A stretch of DNA of 64,000 nucleotides from Methanomassiliicoccales archaeon (lineage in GTDB: Archaea; Thermoplasmatota; Thermoplasmata; Methanomassiliicoccales; JACIVX01): the NCBI GenBank assembly GCA_050010535.1, contig JBEKKT010000007.1, positions 6,052-70,051 on the forward strand, in the 5' to 3' direction. Shown here one piece after another: positions 1-8,698 of the stretch. A program made the position numbers and the translations under genes. The notes below the pieces were generated by a model. It was not told the origin of the DNA. It searched no databases and saw only the letters and a program-made list of their open reading frames with translations. How positions within the stretch are numbered: the first letter of the stretch is position 1; each line of letters starts with the position of its first letter.

Positions 1-112
1 GGACCGAAGAATGTTGGACACTTTAGGGACGAAATCAAACTCGGAGTAAAGCAGTTGCTCGCAATGCTAATGAGCCGAACGAGAGACAGATACAAGGAAG
101 AGGACCACTGAA

Positions 113-874
113 ATGAGAGTAGTGACACAATTTGCTGTGATTGCGATTTGTGCGCTTGTGATTGTTCCAGGTACCGTTTTGGCCCAGAGGGAGACATGGA
201 CTCCGCACGCAATCATAACACTCACATTCGATGACGCATATGCTGACGCGTATAGTGTTGCCTTTCCGATACTCGAGCAACACAACATGAGAGCGACAGT
301 CTTTGTAGTCACTAGCTACATCGGGAAACTCACCGGCAGACTGAGCCTCCAGAACCTGTGGACAATGCAGTCCGCTGGATGGGAGATCGGCAGTCACACG
401 GTCTCACACAGGCGTCTCACGGAATTGACCTACGATCAAATCTTGTACGAAATGAACAGTAGCAGGGAATGGTTGCTTTCTCACGGTTTCAATGTTCGTT
501 CCCTCGCCTTTCCCTACGGAGCAGAAAACCCATATCTCAGACAACTGGCGATGCGATTCTATGACGCCACCAGATCGACTTCTTCACGTTACATTTCCTA
601 CAGCAGCATTCCTGCGGACAATTGCATCTCAGCGGTCGGAATGCCAGCCAATCATTCGATGACGTTCAGATATATCGACGACACTATTGCTGCGAAATCT
701 TGGCTCGTCCTTTACATGCACAACATTTCTCAGAATGGCACGATCAGTGATGACGGCCAGAATCTTCACGAAATAGTCGATTACATCGCTCAGAAAGTCG
801 CACTCGGGCAGTTGGAGGTGGTGACCTTCATCAGTGGATTCATGAGATGTGCTGGATATGAAGCGATTCGTTAG
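113..874 (+). CDS. Polysaccharide deacetylase (NodB-homology/CE4 family), probably secreted
   Basis: 253-aa ORF. It has a hydrophobic N-terminal signal-like segment, followed by TFDDAY and SHTVSH motifs typical of NodB-type deacetylases. Confidence 0.8.
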   Translation: MRVVTQFAVIAICALVIVPGTVLAQRETWTPHAIITLTFDDAYADAYSVAFPILEQHNMRATVFVVTSYIGKLTGRLSLQNLWTMQSAGWEIGSHTVSHRRLTELTYDQILYEMNSSREWLLSHGFNVRSLAFPYGAENPYLRQLAMRFYDATRSTSSRYISYSSIPADNCISAVGMPANHSMTFRYIDDTIAAKSWLVLYMHNISQNGTISDDGQNLHEIVDYIAQKVALGQLEVVTFISGFMRCAGYEAIR

Positions 875-1458
875 GATATTGAATCCGCTTCGGAATGATG
901 CCTAATCACCAGAAAAAAGAACAGAAAAGCCGGGTCTTGGCGTGTAGTCTGGCCTCCTGTCTTGCCACCTTGATTGTCTGGAAAGAATGGAACTACTGAG
1001 GATTGAGGACGACGGTCATAGGAAAAGCACTCTCCTGGAGCCGAATACAAGCTGAAGGGTCGCACTGTAGTTTCGATCTTGAGGCTTGACTCGCCCAGAA
1101 AGATCCTGATCCACCTTCTCGTACATGGATCCACCCCTTTCAAGGATTTCTTGGCGGCCGTCAGGTTATCGAAGTCGACCCCCCTTCTAGAACATGAAGA
1201 GGCTTTTCGCCGGGAGGCATTGTCCCGGTTGTAAGATCCGAGCGGGAGCTGGTCTACCGCGTCGACGACCACGATGAAGTCGCAGATCTCCTGAGATCGA
1301 TTCGGGAGAGTCTGGAGAACGATGCCGTGGACAGATTCGTTGACATATGGAGTAAGCTTAGCTGACAAGAAATCGACCCTCCAGACCTTCACGTAAAAAC
1401 AACCATTATAATATGGGATTGTGATTATCTGAAAAGGGATCGTTTCCCGAGGGGAGGA

Positions 1459-2262
1459 GTGATGAGGGAAAACTATCGGGCATTGAAGGCTTTCGGCATC
1501 ATAATCGTTGTCGCACTGTTGTCCTCTTCGGTCTTGGGTTGCCTCGGCGGGGGTCAGACGACCGTGGATGCAATCAAGAAACGCGGAACGTTGATCATGG
1601 GGACTTCCGGAGGATTCCCACCTTTCGAGGTCGTGAATGTGACGACGATGAAACTGGAAGGATTGGACATCGACTTGGCTCAGAAGGTTGCGGATCAGTT
1701 GGGGGTCAGCCTCGACGTCAGAAACATGGACTTTACGGCGCTTATAGGAGCTGTCAAGACGGGACAGATTGACATGGCGATAGCTGGGATGACGATCACG
1801 CCGGATAGGAATGCGTCGGTAACATTCTCAAACCCGTATTTCAGGGCAGACCAGGCAATAGTTGTGAAGTCAGACCGAACGGACATCAACACACCGAACG
1901 ACCTTGCTGGCAAGCAAATATCGGTGAACCAGGGAACAACTGGTGACTATTGGGTCGCTGACAATCTTGTGGCAACCGGAAGTGTCTCAGCCGATAACGT
2001 CCACAAGTTCGGTTACGCTTCTGATGCCCTCCTTGAGTTGGTTGCTGGCAGAGTCGATGCTCTAGTTATTGACTCGCCAGTCGCAGCCGCATACGTCGCC
2101 GAACACGCCGGGATCAAAATCGTCTATACCATCGTGACGAACGAGCACTACGGCATCGCGATGAACAAGAACTCCGTTGAGCTGGTCAAATTCGTCAACG
2201 ATTTGCTGGCGCAAATGGAAGCCTCGGGCGAAATGCAGCAATTGGTGGCTAGGTGGTTCTGA
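1459..2262 (+). CDS. Polar amino-acid (Gln/Glu/His-type) ABC transporter substrate-binding protein, lipoprotein-like
   Basis: Signal peptide ending in LGCLGGG (lipobox-like Cys). Family-3 SBP features are present (GFPPFE, DFTALI, GQIDMAIAGMTITPDR). An ATG at 1462 preceded by GGGGAGG is an alternative start. Confidence 0.9.
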   Translation: MMRENYRALKAFGIIIVVALLSSSVLGCLGGGQTTVDAIKKRGTLIMGTSGGFPPFEVVNVTTMKLEGLDIDLAQKVADQLGVSLDVRNMDFTALIGAVKTGQIDMAIAGMTITPDRNASVTFSNPYFRADQAIVVKSDRTDINTPNDLAGKQISVNQGTTGDYWVADNLVATGSVSADNVHKFGYASDALLELVAGRVDALVIDSPVAAAYVAEHAGIKIVYTIVTNEHYGIAMNKNSVELVKFVNDLLAQMEASGEMQQLVARWF

Positions 2263-2328
2263 GGTCCGCAGGCGACAAACCCCTTCCTTTTCATTATTCC
2301 GAAAGGAACGGAATGAGGACACGATTGC

Positions 2329-2994
2329 ATGGCCTTTGAGCTGATTACCGATAACCTTGGATTCTTCGGGAAGGGCGCTATACTCACTCTTGAGATCAGT
2401 CTCAGCGCGATCGCAATCGGTTTTGTTCTTGGAATCTTTATGGGTTTGGGCAGGGTCTCGAGAGTGCTGCCTCTGAGGCTCGTATCCACGGGATACGTCG
2501 AGGCTCTAAGAGGAACGCCTCTCCTTGTCCAGATATTCATAATATACTTCGGGTTGCCATCGGCCGGGATATACCTCAGTCCGCTCCTATCTGGCATACT
2601 CGCGGTGGGACTCAACAGCGCAGCATACCAGGCGGAGATAATCAGAGGAGGGATACAATCGGTTCCGAAGGGGCAGTTGGAGGCGGCGAGATCCATTGGG
2701 ATGACATACACCCAATCGATGCGCCATGTCGTTCTTCCTCAGGCGTTACGATTGATAATCCCTTCGATGACTAACGAATTCATAACATTGATAAAGGATT
2801 CATCTTTGGTGAGTGCGATAGGAATATGGGAACTGACGCTAGTAGGCAAGGAGTTAAACGCAAAATACTTCGAACCCTTCCAGATCTTCATCTTCATCGC
2901 CATCGTGTACTTCATAATGACGTACGCGACCTCGAAGATCATGCGGAGAGTGGAGAAGAAGTTCAAGATCCCGGGGTACGGCGCAGAAGCCTGA
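2329..2994 (+). CDS. Amino-acid ABC transporter permease (HisM/GlnP family)
   Basis: 221-aa polytopic membrane ORF with EAA-type loop ([22 protein letters not shown]). It sits between the SBP and ATPase genes. Confidence 0.9.
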   Translation: MAFELITDNLGFFGKGAILTLEISLSAIAIGFVLGIFMGLGRVSRVLPLRLVSTGYVEALRGTPLLVQIFIIYFGLPSAGIYLSPLLSGILAVGLNSAAYQAEIIRGGIQSVPKGQLEAARSIGMTYTQSMRHVVLPQALRLIIPSMTNEFITLIKDSSLVSAIGIWELTLVGKELNAKYFEPFQIFIFIAIVYFIMTYATSKIMRRVEKKFKIPGYGAEA

Positions 2995-3719
2995 TCGAAG
3001 CAGTCGACATCCACAAGTCATTCGACGGCCTCGAGGTGCTGAAGGGCGTCAACCTGTCGGTCTACAAGGGAGAAGTAGTCGTAATAATAGGACCCTCCGG
3101 AAGCGGGAAAAGCACATTCCTGCGATGCCTTAACAGACTGACCGAGCCGACGAAGGGGGAGGTCTACTTCGAGGGCGTCAAGATCACTGGCACTGATGTC
3201 GACATGAATGTGATCAGGGCCGAGATCGGAATGGTCTTCCAGGGCTTCAACCTCTTCTTGCACCTGACTGCGAAGAAGAACATCATGCTCGCCTTGACGA
3301 AGGTCAAGGGCATGGAGGCCGGTGAGGCCGACAAGAAATCGATGGAGGCCCTCGAAAGGGTGGGTTTGGCGAACAAGGCTGACACCTATCCCGGGCAGTT
3401 GTCCGGTGGACAACAGCAGAGGGTCGCGATCGCGAGGGCGGTCGCCATGAATCCCAAACTAATCATGTTCGACGAACCGACATCTGCCCTCGACCCTGAG
3501 CTGATCGGCGAGGTGCTCGACGTCATGAATTCCCTGGCAAAGGGCGGGATGACAATGATCGTTGTCACGCATGAGATGGGATTTGCGAGGGAAGTCTCGG
3601 ATCGCGTTGTATTCATGGATCATGGCATCGTTCTCGAGGAAGGCGCTCCGGCGGAAATCTTCACGAATCCCACGCACGAAAGGACCAAGACGTTCTTGAA
3701 GCGCTTGCTGAAGGAATGA
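2991..3719 (+). CDS. Amino-acid ABC transporter ATP-binding protein (GlnQ-like); start codon unresolved
   Basis: Walker [10 protein letters not shown], signature [14 protein letters not shown], Walker [13 protein letters not shown]. The conserved N-terminus (x)[12 protein letters not shown] aligns with the MIEFKNVSKHFG start of E. coli GlnQ and begins at CTG 2991, which overlaps the permease stop (CTGA). The only canonical in-frame starts are ATG 2826 (169-nt overlap with the permease) and GTG 3036 (truncates strand 1). Confidence 0.88.
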   Translation: MIEAVDIHKSFDGLEVLKGVNLSVYKGEVVVIIGPSGSGKSTFLRCLNRLTEPTKGEVYFEGVKITGTDVDMNVIRAEIGMVFQGFNLFLHLTAKKNIMLALTKVKGMEAGEADKKSMEALERVGLANKADTYPGQLSGGQQQRVAIARAVAMNPKLIMFDEPTSALDPELIGEVLDVMNSLAKGGMTMIVVTHEMGFAREVSDRVVFMDHGIVLEEGAPAEIFTNPTHERTKTFLKRLLKE

Positions 3720-3804
3720 GCGCTAGCCTAGGGTGTGCGACTTCCCGGATTAGCAAATTTGGCGAACGTGGCTCTAGCAGCGACCATGAGACTCTATGAC
3801 AAGG

Positions 3805-3817
3805 TTTAAGTATAATA
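3805..3817 (+). promoter_or_regulatory. TATA-box-like element upstream of the ilv operon
   Basis: TTTAAGTATAATA. Its centre lies about 25 nt upstream of ATG 3837, the spacing expected for an archaeal TSS at or near that ATG. Confidence 0.4.
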
Positions 3818-3836
3818 CTCCCAATACAAGGGAGCG

Positions 3837-3917
3837 ATGGAGCAAACTGCGCTGACTGCTGGTTCGGGTTGTGTGTCGGTCAGCGAGCAGCTTCTGGTCG
3901 TTTTGGTCGTTAGATAG
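3837..3917 (+). promoter_or_regulatory. Candidate leader peptide uORF (26 codons, MEQTALTAGSGCVSVSEQLLVVLVVR) ahead of ilvB
   Basis: The ATG sits at the predicted TSS, so the transcript would be leaderless. The last 8 sense codons are LLVVLVVR and include a 9-nt tandem duplication TGGTCGTT(T/A). It lies 56 nt upstream of the BCAA biosynthesis operon. Confidence 0.35.
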
Positions 3918-3948
3918 GGGAGACCTTCTTCTTCGGAGGGGACTCCCC
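3917..3948 (+). promoter_or_regulatory. GC-rich stem-loop immediately after the uORF stop
   Basis: GGGGAG (3917-3922) pairs with CTCCCC (3943-3948), with further CC/GG pairs inside. The first G is the last base of the uORF TAG. Confidence 0.4.
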
Positions 3949-3972
3949 TGTGATTGTGTGTGAGGAATGTGA

Positions 3973-5646
3973 ATGAGAGGTTCTGAAGTTCTCATCAATG
4001 TCCTGCGCGACGAGGGCGTGAATGTCGTCTTCGGTTATCCAGGCGGAGCCATGCTCCCCCTATACGATGACCTGAGGGATTCCGACTTGAGGCATGTTCT
4101 CGTCCGGCACGAGCAGTGCGCCGCCCACATGGCCGATGGATTCGCCCGCGTGCTGAAGAGGCCGGGAGTTTGCATGGCTACTTCCGGCGCGGGAGCGACG
4201 AATCTCGTGACGGGGATCGCAACCGCATTCCTTGATTCATCCCCGGTCATCGCTCTTACCGGGCAGGTTCCGACGGGTATTATCGGCAACGACGCCTTCC
4301 AGGAGGCGGACATCTTCAGTCTCATGATCCCGATAACGAAGCATAACTTCCGGATCATGAACGCGGCGAACCTTTCGAACGATCTGAGGAGCGCCTTCTC
4401 GATAGCCGCGAGCGGGCGATACGGACCTGTGCAAGTGGACCTCCCGAGGGACATACTAACTTGTGATATCTCCTCCCCAATCGAGCCAAGGAAGGTCTCG
4501 ACGAACGGGACGAGGGAGGATCTCACTGAGTTACCTCAAGCGATTCAGCTCCTTGAGTCGGCAGAGCGGCCGCTCATCCTCGTCGGAGGAGGGGCGATGT
4601 GGTCCGGATGCGGTCCGGACGTGATCGCACTGGCGGAGATGCTCGCTTCTCCTGTCGTGACGACACTAATGGGAAAGAGCACAGTGCCAGAGAATCACCC
4701 GTTGGTACTTGGTATGGTGGGAATGCATGGGAGAAGGGTTGCGAACTACGCGCTCGAGGAATGCGACGTGCTTCTTGCTGTCGGTACAAGGTTCAGCGAT
4801 AGGATGATCGGGGATCCGTCCTCTTGCCGAACGAGGGTCATCCACATCGACATTGACACCGGTGAGCTTGGAAAGAACGTGAGGCCGACAGTCGCCCTCA
4901 GCGGGGACGCCGGGCTGGTGATCAGGGCTATCTCGTCATCGATCCGTGCGAGAAGAAACGATGGGAAGTGGACGGAGAGGATGGGAATGCTAAAGAAGGA
5001 ATGCGCCTGCAACCTCGACCTCGGGGACAACCCGATCAAGCCGCAGAAGGTCATTTACGAGCTATCAAGACTGCTTCCCGAAGATGCCATAGTGACGACA
5101 GAAGTTGGCCAGTGTCAGATGTTCGCCGCTCACTTCTTCGAGGCCCGAGGGAATAGGCAGTTCATAACGCCGGGAGGGCTTGGCACGATGGGATTCGGAC
5201 TGCCCGCCGCTATAGGTGCGAAGATCGCCGCCCCGCAGAGGTCGGTCGTCGATGTGGCCGGGGACGGGAGTCTTCTGATGGTCTGCCAGGAGCTTGCTAC
5301 TGCGGTGGAGGAGAATATTCCTGTCTTCGTCTGCCTTCTGAACAACGGGAGGTTGGGCATGATCAAGCAGCTCCAGAACATGTTCTATGGAGGCAGGATG
5401 GCTGCGATGGATCTGGGGTCCTCGCCGGACTTCGTGAAGCTTGCAGAGGCGTTCGGTGTCAGGGCCGCGAGGGTCAAGGACCCGAAGGACCTCGAGAGCG
5501 TCATTGAGGAAGGGGTCGCTTCGGACCGTCCATTCCTCGCTGACATATGGATTGACAGGGAGGAAGAGGTTCTCCCGGTGACGCTAAGGGCCGAAAATGA
5601 GACAAGGGTAATCGCAGGGAGTTGTGCTTGGAAGGGAGTGTGCTAG
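3973..5646 (+). CDS. ilvB: Acetolactate synthase large subunit (ThDP-dependent)
   Basis: 557 aa. N-terminus MRGSEVLINVLRDEGVNVVFGYPGGA, ThDP motif GDGSLLM...NNG, followed directly by the small subunit gene. Confidence 0.93.
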   Translation: MRGSEVLINVLRDEGVNVVFGYPGGAMLPLYDDLRDSDLRHVLVRHEQCAAHMADGFARVLKRPGVCMATSGAGATNLVTGIATAFLDSSPVIALTGQVPTGIIGNDAFQEADIFSLMIPITKHNFRIMNAANLSNDLRSAFSIAASGRYGPVQVDLPRDILTCDISSPIEPRKVSTNGTREDLTELPQAIQLLESAERPLILVGGGAMWSGCGPDVIALAEMLASPVVTTLMGKSTVPENHPLVLGMVGMHGRRVANYALEECDVLLAVGTRFSDRMIGDPSSCRTRVIHIDIDTGELGKNVRPTVALSGDAGLVIRAISSSIRARRNDGKWTERMGMLKKECACNLDLGDNPIKPQKVIYELSRLLPEDAIVTTEVGQCQMFAAHFFEARGNRQFITPGGLGTMGFGLPAAIGAKIAAPQRSVVDVAGDGSLLMVCQELATAVEENIPVFVCLLNNGRLGMIKQLQNMFYGGRMAAMDLGSSPDFVKLAEAFGVRAARVKDPKDLESVIEEGVASDRPFLADIWIDREEEVLPVTLRAENETRVIAGSCAWKGVC

Positions 5647-5647
5647 A

Positions 5648-6010
5648 ATGGAAGTGATATCGATGATAGTGAACGACGAGTTCGGCGTTATGCAGAGAGT
5701 GATGGGCGAGTTCACGCGGAAGAAGATCAACGTCGAGACGATCGTCGTCGGGAAATGCGAGATCGTAGGAAAAGCCAGGGTCGTACTCAGCGTGAAAGAT
5801 CGGAAGCAGGCTGAGCAGGCAGTGGAGCGACTCGAGCGCCTTCAGGACGTCGTTCAGGTCGAGATCGTCAACGAGACGAGGCACGAGGGGTATGCGCTGG
5901 TGGCGAACTCGTTCGGGAAGGCCAGATTGATAGGAAGCCTCGAGGAGGTCGGGGGTCTCATCGACACCACCAAGCCCGATCGCTTCATCAAGACTGTGAA
6001 CGCGCTTTGA
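5648..6010 (+). CDS. ilvN: Acetolactate synthase small (regulatory, ACT-domain) subunit
   Basis: ATG 5648 lies 2 nt after the ilvB TAG. ACT-like fold signature (VISMIVNDEFGVMQRVMGEFTRKKINVETI). Confidence 0.8.
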   Translation: MEVISMIVNDEFGVMQRVMGEFTRKKINVETIVVGKCEIVGKARVVLSVKDRKQAEQAVERLERLQDVVQVEIVNETRHEGYALVANSFGKARLIGSLEEVGGLIDTTKPDRFIKTVNAL

Positions 6011-6090
6011 CGTCGTCCACGAGGCTTAATTCTTTAAAGGTTCAGACTCGTATCCGGTACTGCTTGACGAGGTTTAGAGAGGGTCATTGA

Positions 6091-7008
6091 ATGGAGCCGA
6101 CCGAGAAAATCTGGATGGATGGAAAGATAGTCGATTGGGACAAGGCGAACGTGCACATATTGACGCATGGTCTTCACTACGGCGGTGGCGTGTTCGAGGG
6201 CATCCGGTTGTATAGCACGAGCAAGGGCAGGGCCGTCTTCCGCCTGAAGGACCACATGATTCGGTTCTTCGACTCCGCCAAAGTCATCGAGCTCAAGATA
6301 CCTTACAGCCTGGACGAGCTGTGCAAGGCATCGAAGGATGTTGTGAAAGCGAACCGCTCGAAGGTCGACTACATCCGCCCGATTGCTTACTACGGATCCG
6401 GCGCCGTTGGCCTGAACCCAATCAACCTGCCGACGAAGGTCGCAATCGCATGCGTCTACATGGGCCCCTATCTGGGCGAGGAGCAGCAGAGGTTCGGTGC
6501 GAGGCTGATCACCTCCTCCTGGGAGAAGCCATCGAATCGCGCCGCGGCCGTGAACGCGAAGATATGCGGGAACTACATCAACTCCGTGCTGGCGAGGCTG
6601 GAGGCCGTCCACAAGGGAGCGGACGAGGCGCTGATGCTGGACGCCAAAGGGAACGTGGCAGAGGGAACTGGGGAGAACATATTCATGGTCAGGAACGGGA
6701 AGATTTCTACTCCCGGCATGGCCTCCGGGATACTCGGGGGGATAACGCGGGACTCCGTGATGCAATTGGCGCCGGAGCTCGGATACGAGGTCACGGAGAG
6801 AGACATAACGAGGTCCGAGCTGTACGTTGCGGACGAGGTCTTCATGACCGGGACCGCCGCAGAGGTCCTGCCAATAAGCTCTATTGATGACCGCAACATC
6901 GGTGGGGGAAAGCCGGGTCCGATAACATTGAAGCTCGCGAAAGGGTTCTCGAGCACGACCATGGGGAAGAACAAGAAGTTCATGCACTGGCTGGACTTCT
7001 TGAACTGA
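6091..7008 (+). CDS. ilvE: Branched-chain amino-acid aminotransferase (class IV PLP)
   Basis: 305 aa. IWMDGKIVDWDKANVHILTHGLHYGGGVFEGIR, and EGTGENIF...GITR motifs of IlvE. Confidence 0.93.
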   Translation: MEPTEKIWMDGKIVDWDKANVHILTHGLHYGGGVFEGIRLYSTSKGRAVFRLKDHMIRFFDSAKVIELKIPYSLDELCKASKDVVKANRSKVDYIRPIAYYGSGAVGLNPINLPTKVAIACVYMGPYLGEEQQRFGARLITSSWEKPSNRAAAVNAKICGNYINSVLARLEAVHKGADEALMLDAKGNVAEGTGENIFMVRNGKISTPGMASGILGGITRDSVMQLAPELGYEVTERDITRSELYVADEVFMTGTAAEVLPISSIDDRNIGGGKPGPITLKLAKGFSSTTMGKNKKFMHWLDFLN

Positions 7009-7102
7009 ACTTTCCATCATCCTGCGAGGAGTTGGAGAAAGAACCGATCCTGATCATGTACCACTCCTCCTCCCTCGATAAGGGATAGAACGTGCCGTCC
7101 AC

Positions 7103-7360
7103 TTAGATTTCGAGGTCCGTCACCACAAAGTCCTTGCCCTTGACCCTTTCCTCGATCCATTCCTCGAATACCTTCTCAACGGAATCCAGCCCGTCCATAC
7201 CTCCCAGTTCAGTTATGAATCCGCTGAATGTGTTGACGCCGTCGTGTGCGCCATTTTGCATCCACCTGATCCCGACTCGCGTCATATCATAGTCTGATAT
7301 GGCAACATGCCTGAGGTAGATATTTTGGCGCTTGTATGTCGGGAATTTGTGGTGTGACAC
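7103..7360 (-). CDS. Hypothetical small protein (85 aa)
   Basis: Isolated ORF with protein-like composition. I recognise no family. Confidence 0.35.
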   Translation of the reverse strand: MSHHKFPTYKRQNIYLRHVAISDYDMTRVGIRWMQNGAHDGVNTFSGFITELGGMDGLDSVEKVFEEWIEERVKGKDFVVTDLEI

Positions 7361-7450
7361 GGACTGTCAGGCCAGAACTTTTAAGACTCGTAGCTCCGTT
7401 TAGTAGGATGTAGTGGGTGAGCAGGAAATAGAGGGGGTGCTAATACGAAG

Positions 7451-7573
7451 GTGTGCCCAGCTTGTGGATCGGTGAGTGTCGCTCCCGAGATGGAACTGAC
7501 GGACGATGCAGTCTACTACTGTTGCTGCTGCGGTACCCATTTCGTCGGCGACAAGGACATCAGGGAACTGTAG
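7451..7573 (+). CDS. Zinc-ribbon mini-protein (40 aa), below the ORF-track cutoff
   Basis: GTG start preceded by GAGGGGGTG 11 nt upstream. Translation is (M)CPACGSVSVAPEMELTDDAVYYCCCCGTHFVGDKDIREL, with CPAC and CCCC (CxxC) knuckles. Stop TAG at 7571-7573. Confidence 0.45.
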   Translation: MCPACGSVSVAPEMELTDDAVYYCCCCGTHFVGDKDIREL

Positions 7574-7738
7574 GGACGGACTAGAGACGGGCCGGAGATC
7601 GTGACCTTCCCTCGCGCTAGGGCATTCTGTTGACGCCTCCTTCTTTGGTTTTCGTCTTCCTTTCTCATTCTGCCTTTCGAACTCCGACGTGTAGACAATG
7701 GCAATCACGTCAGAAATTGTCTGGGTGGTGTGAAGACA

Positions 7739-7746
7739 TTATATAT
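7739..7746 (+). promoter_or_regulatory. TATA-box-like element of the por operon
   Basis: TTATATAT lies 50 nt upstream of ATG 7796. SD GGAGGG at 7785-7790. Confidence 0.4.
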
Positions 7747-7795
7747 GGTCAGCTCCAAATACTGACAAGTAGAAGCAACATTTTGGAGGGCTTGG

Positions 7796-8698
7796 ATGTA
7801 CGAAGTCCGATTCCATGGTAGGGGCGGGCAGGGGGCCGTTATGGCCGCGCAGGCTCTTGCCGAGGCGGCGGTGCTCGAAGGTTACTACGCTCAGGCGTTC
7901 CCTTATTTCGGGGCGGAGAGGAGGGGGGCTCCGGTCCGGGCCTTTGCGAGGATCGATGAGGCGAGAATAAGCATCAAGTCGCAGATCTATGAGCCCGACA
8001 TGCTCGTCATCCTGGACGAGTCTCTTTTGGAGATCGAGCCAGTCGCCGAGGGTTTGAAATCCGGCGGAAGGGCCGTGATTAACTCCGCGAGGAATCCAGA
8101 GGAGATCGATCTGGGCGTGGAGGTGGAGTGTGCATCGGTCGACGCGACCACGATCGCCTTGGAGACGATCAAGGCGCCGATAGTGAACACGTCCATACTA
8201 GGTGCATTCGCCAAGATCGAGGACATAATTCCGCTGGAGTCGATATTGAACGCTATCATGAACAGGTTCGGTGAGAAGCTGGGGCACCAGGCGGGAGTGA
8301 TGAACTCCGAAGCCGCTCGGATGGCCTACGAGCGGGCGGTCGTGGGACGGTGCAAGGGGACGAGAAAACTGGTTGAGAGGAAGCAGTGGCTGCCGACCTG
8401 GGACGAGCTGCCACCTGGGACTGCCCTTCCTGTGAAGACAATCGACGGAGTGGAGGTAGGTCCCGGCAGCGCATGGCAGAACTTCACGGGCACATGGAGG
8501 ACAAGCAGCCCGAAGTACATCAAGGAGAAGTGCATCCGGTGCCTCAGGTGCTGGTTCTCCTGCCCTGAGGGCTGCATCGACAGGCTAGATGACGATCACG
8601 AGAAGTGGGACTACAGATACTGCAAGGGATGCGGCATTTGCGCGGACGTCTGTCCGGTTCAAGCCATCGAGATGGTCAGGGGGGTGCACGAATGGTGA
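7796..8698 (+). CDS. porG: Pyruvate/2-oxoacid:ferredoxin oxidoreductase gamma subunit fused to the delta (2x[4Fe-4S]) subunit
   Basis: The N-terminal part, FHGRGGQGAVMAAQ...FGAERRGAPV, is the gamma subunit. The C-terminal CIRCLRCWFSCPEGC and CKGCGICADVCP motifs are a delta-type ferredoxin domain. Confidence 0.9.
   Translation: MYEVRFHGRGGQGAVMAAQALAEAAVLEGYYAQAFPYFGAERRGAPVRAFARIDEARISIKSQIYEPDMLVILDESLLEIEPVAEGLKSGGRAVINSARNPEEIDLGVEVECASVDATTIALETIKAPIVNTSILGAFAKIEDIIPLESILNAIMNRFGEKLGHQAGVMNSEAARMAYERAVVGRCKGTRKLVERKQWLPTWDELPPGTALPVKTIDGVEVGPGSAWQNFTGTWRTSSPKYIKEKCIRCLRCWFSCPEGCIDRLDDDHEKWDYRYCKGCGICADVCPVQAIEMVRGVHEW

Noticed and set aside
871-1392. 173-aa minus-strand ORF between the deacetylase and the ABC transporter
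   Set aside because: No recognisable family. Its C-terminus (PAFLFFFLV) is encoded by a T-rich tract that looks like terminator or intergenic sequence. It may be a decayed gene, but I cannot support a call.
2826-2990. ATG 2826 as the ABC ATPase start (the ORF-track call)
   Set aside because: It would overlap the permease by 169 nt and add 55 residues with no ABC homology. I keep it only as a fallback to the CTG hypothesis.
6034-7020. 328-aa minus-strand ORF covering all of ilvE
   Set aside because: It is antisense to a gene with unmistakable IlvE motifs. Its Arg/Leu/Pro/His-rich composition is typical of shadow ORFs in GC-rich DNA.
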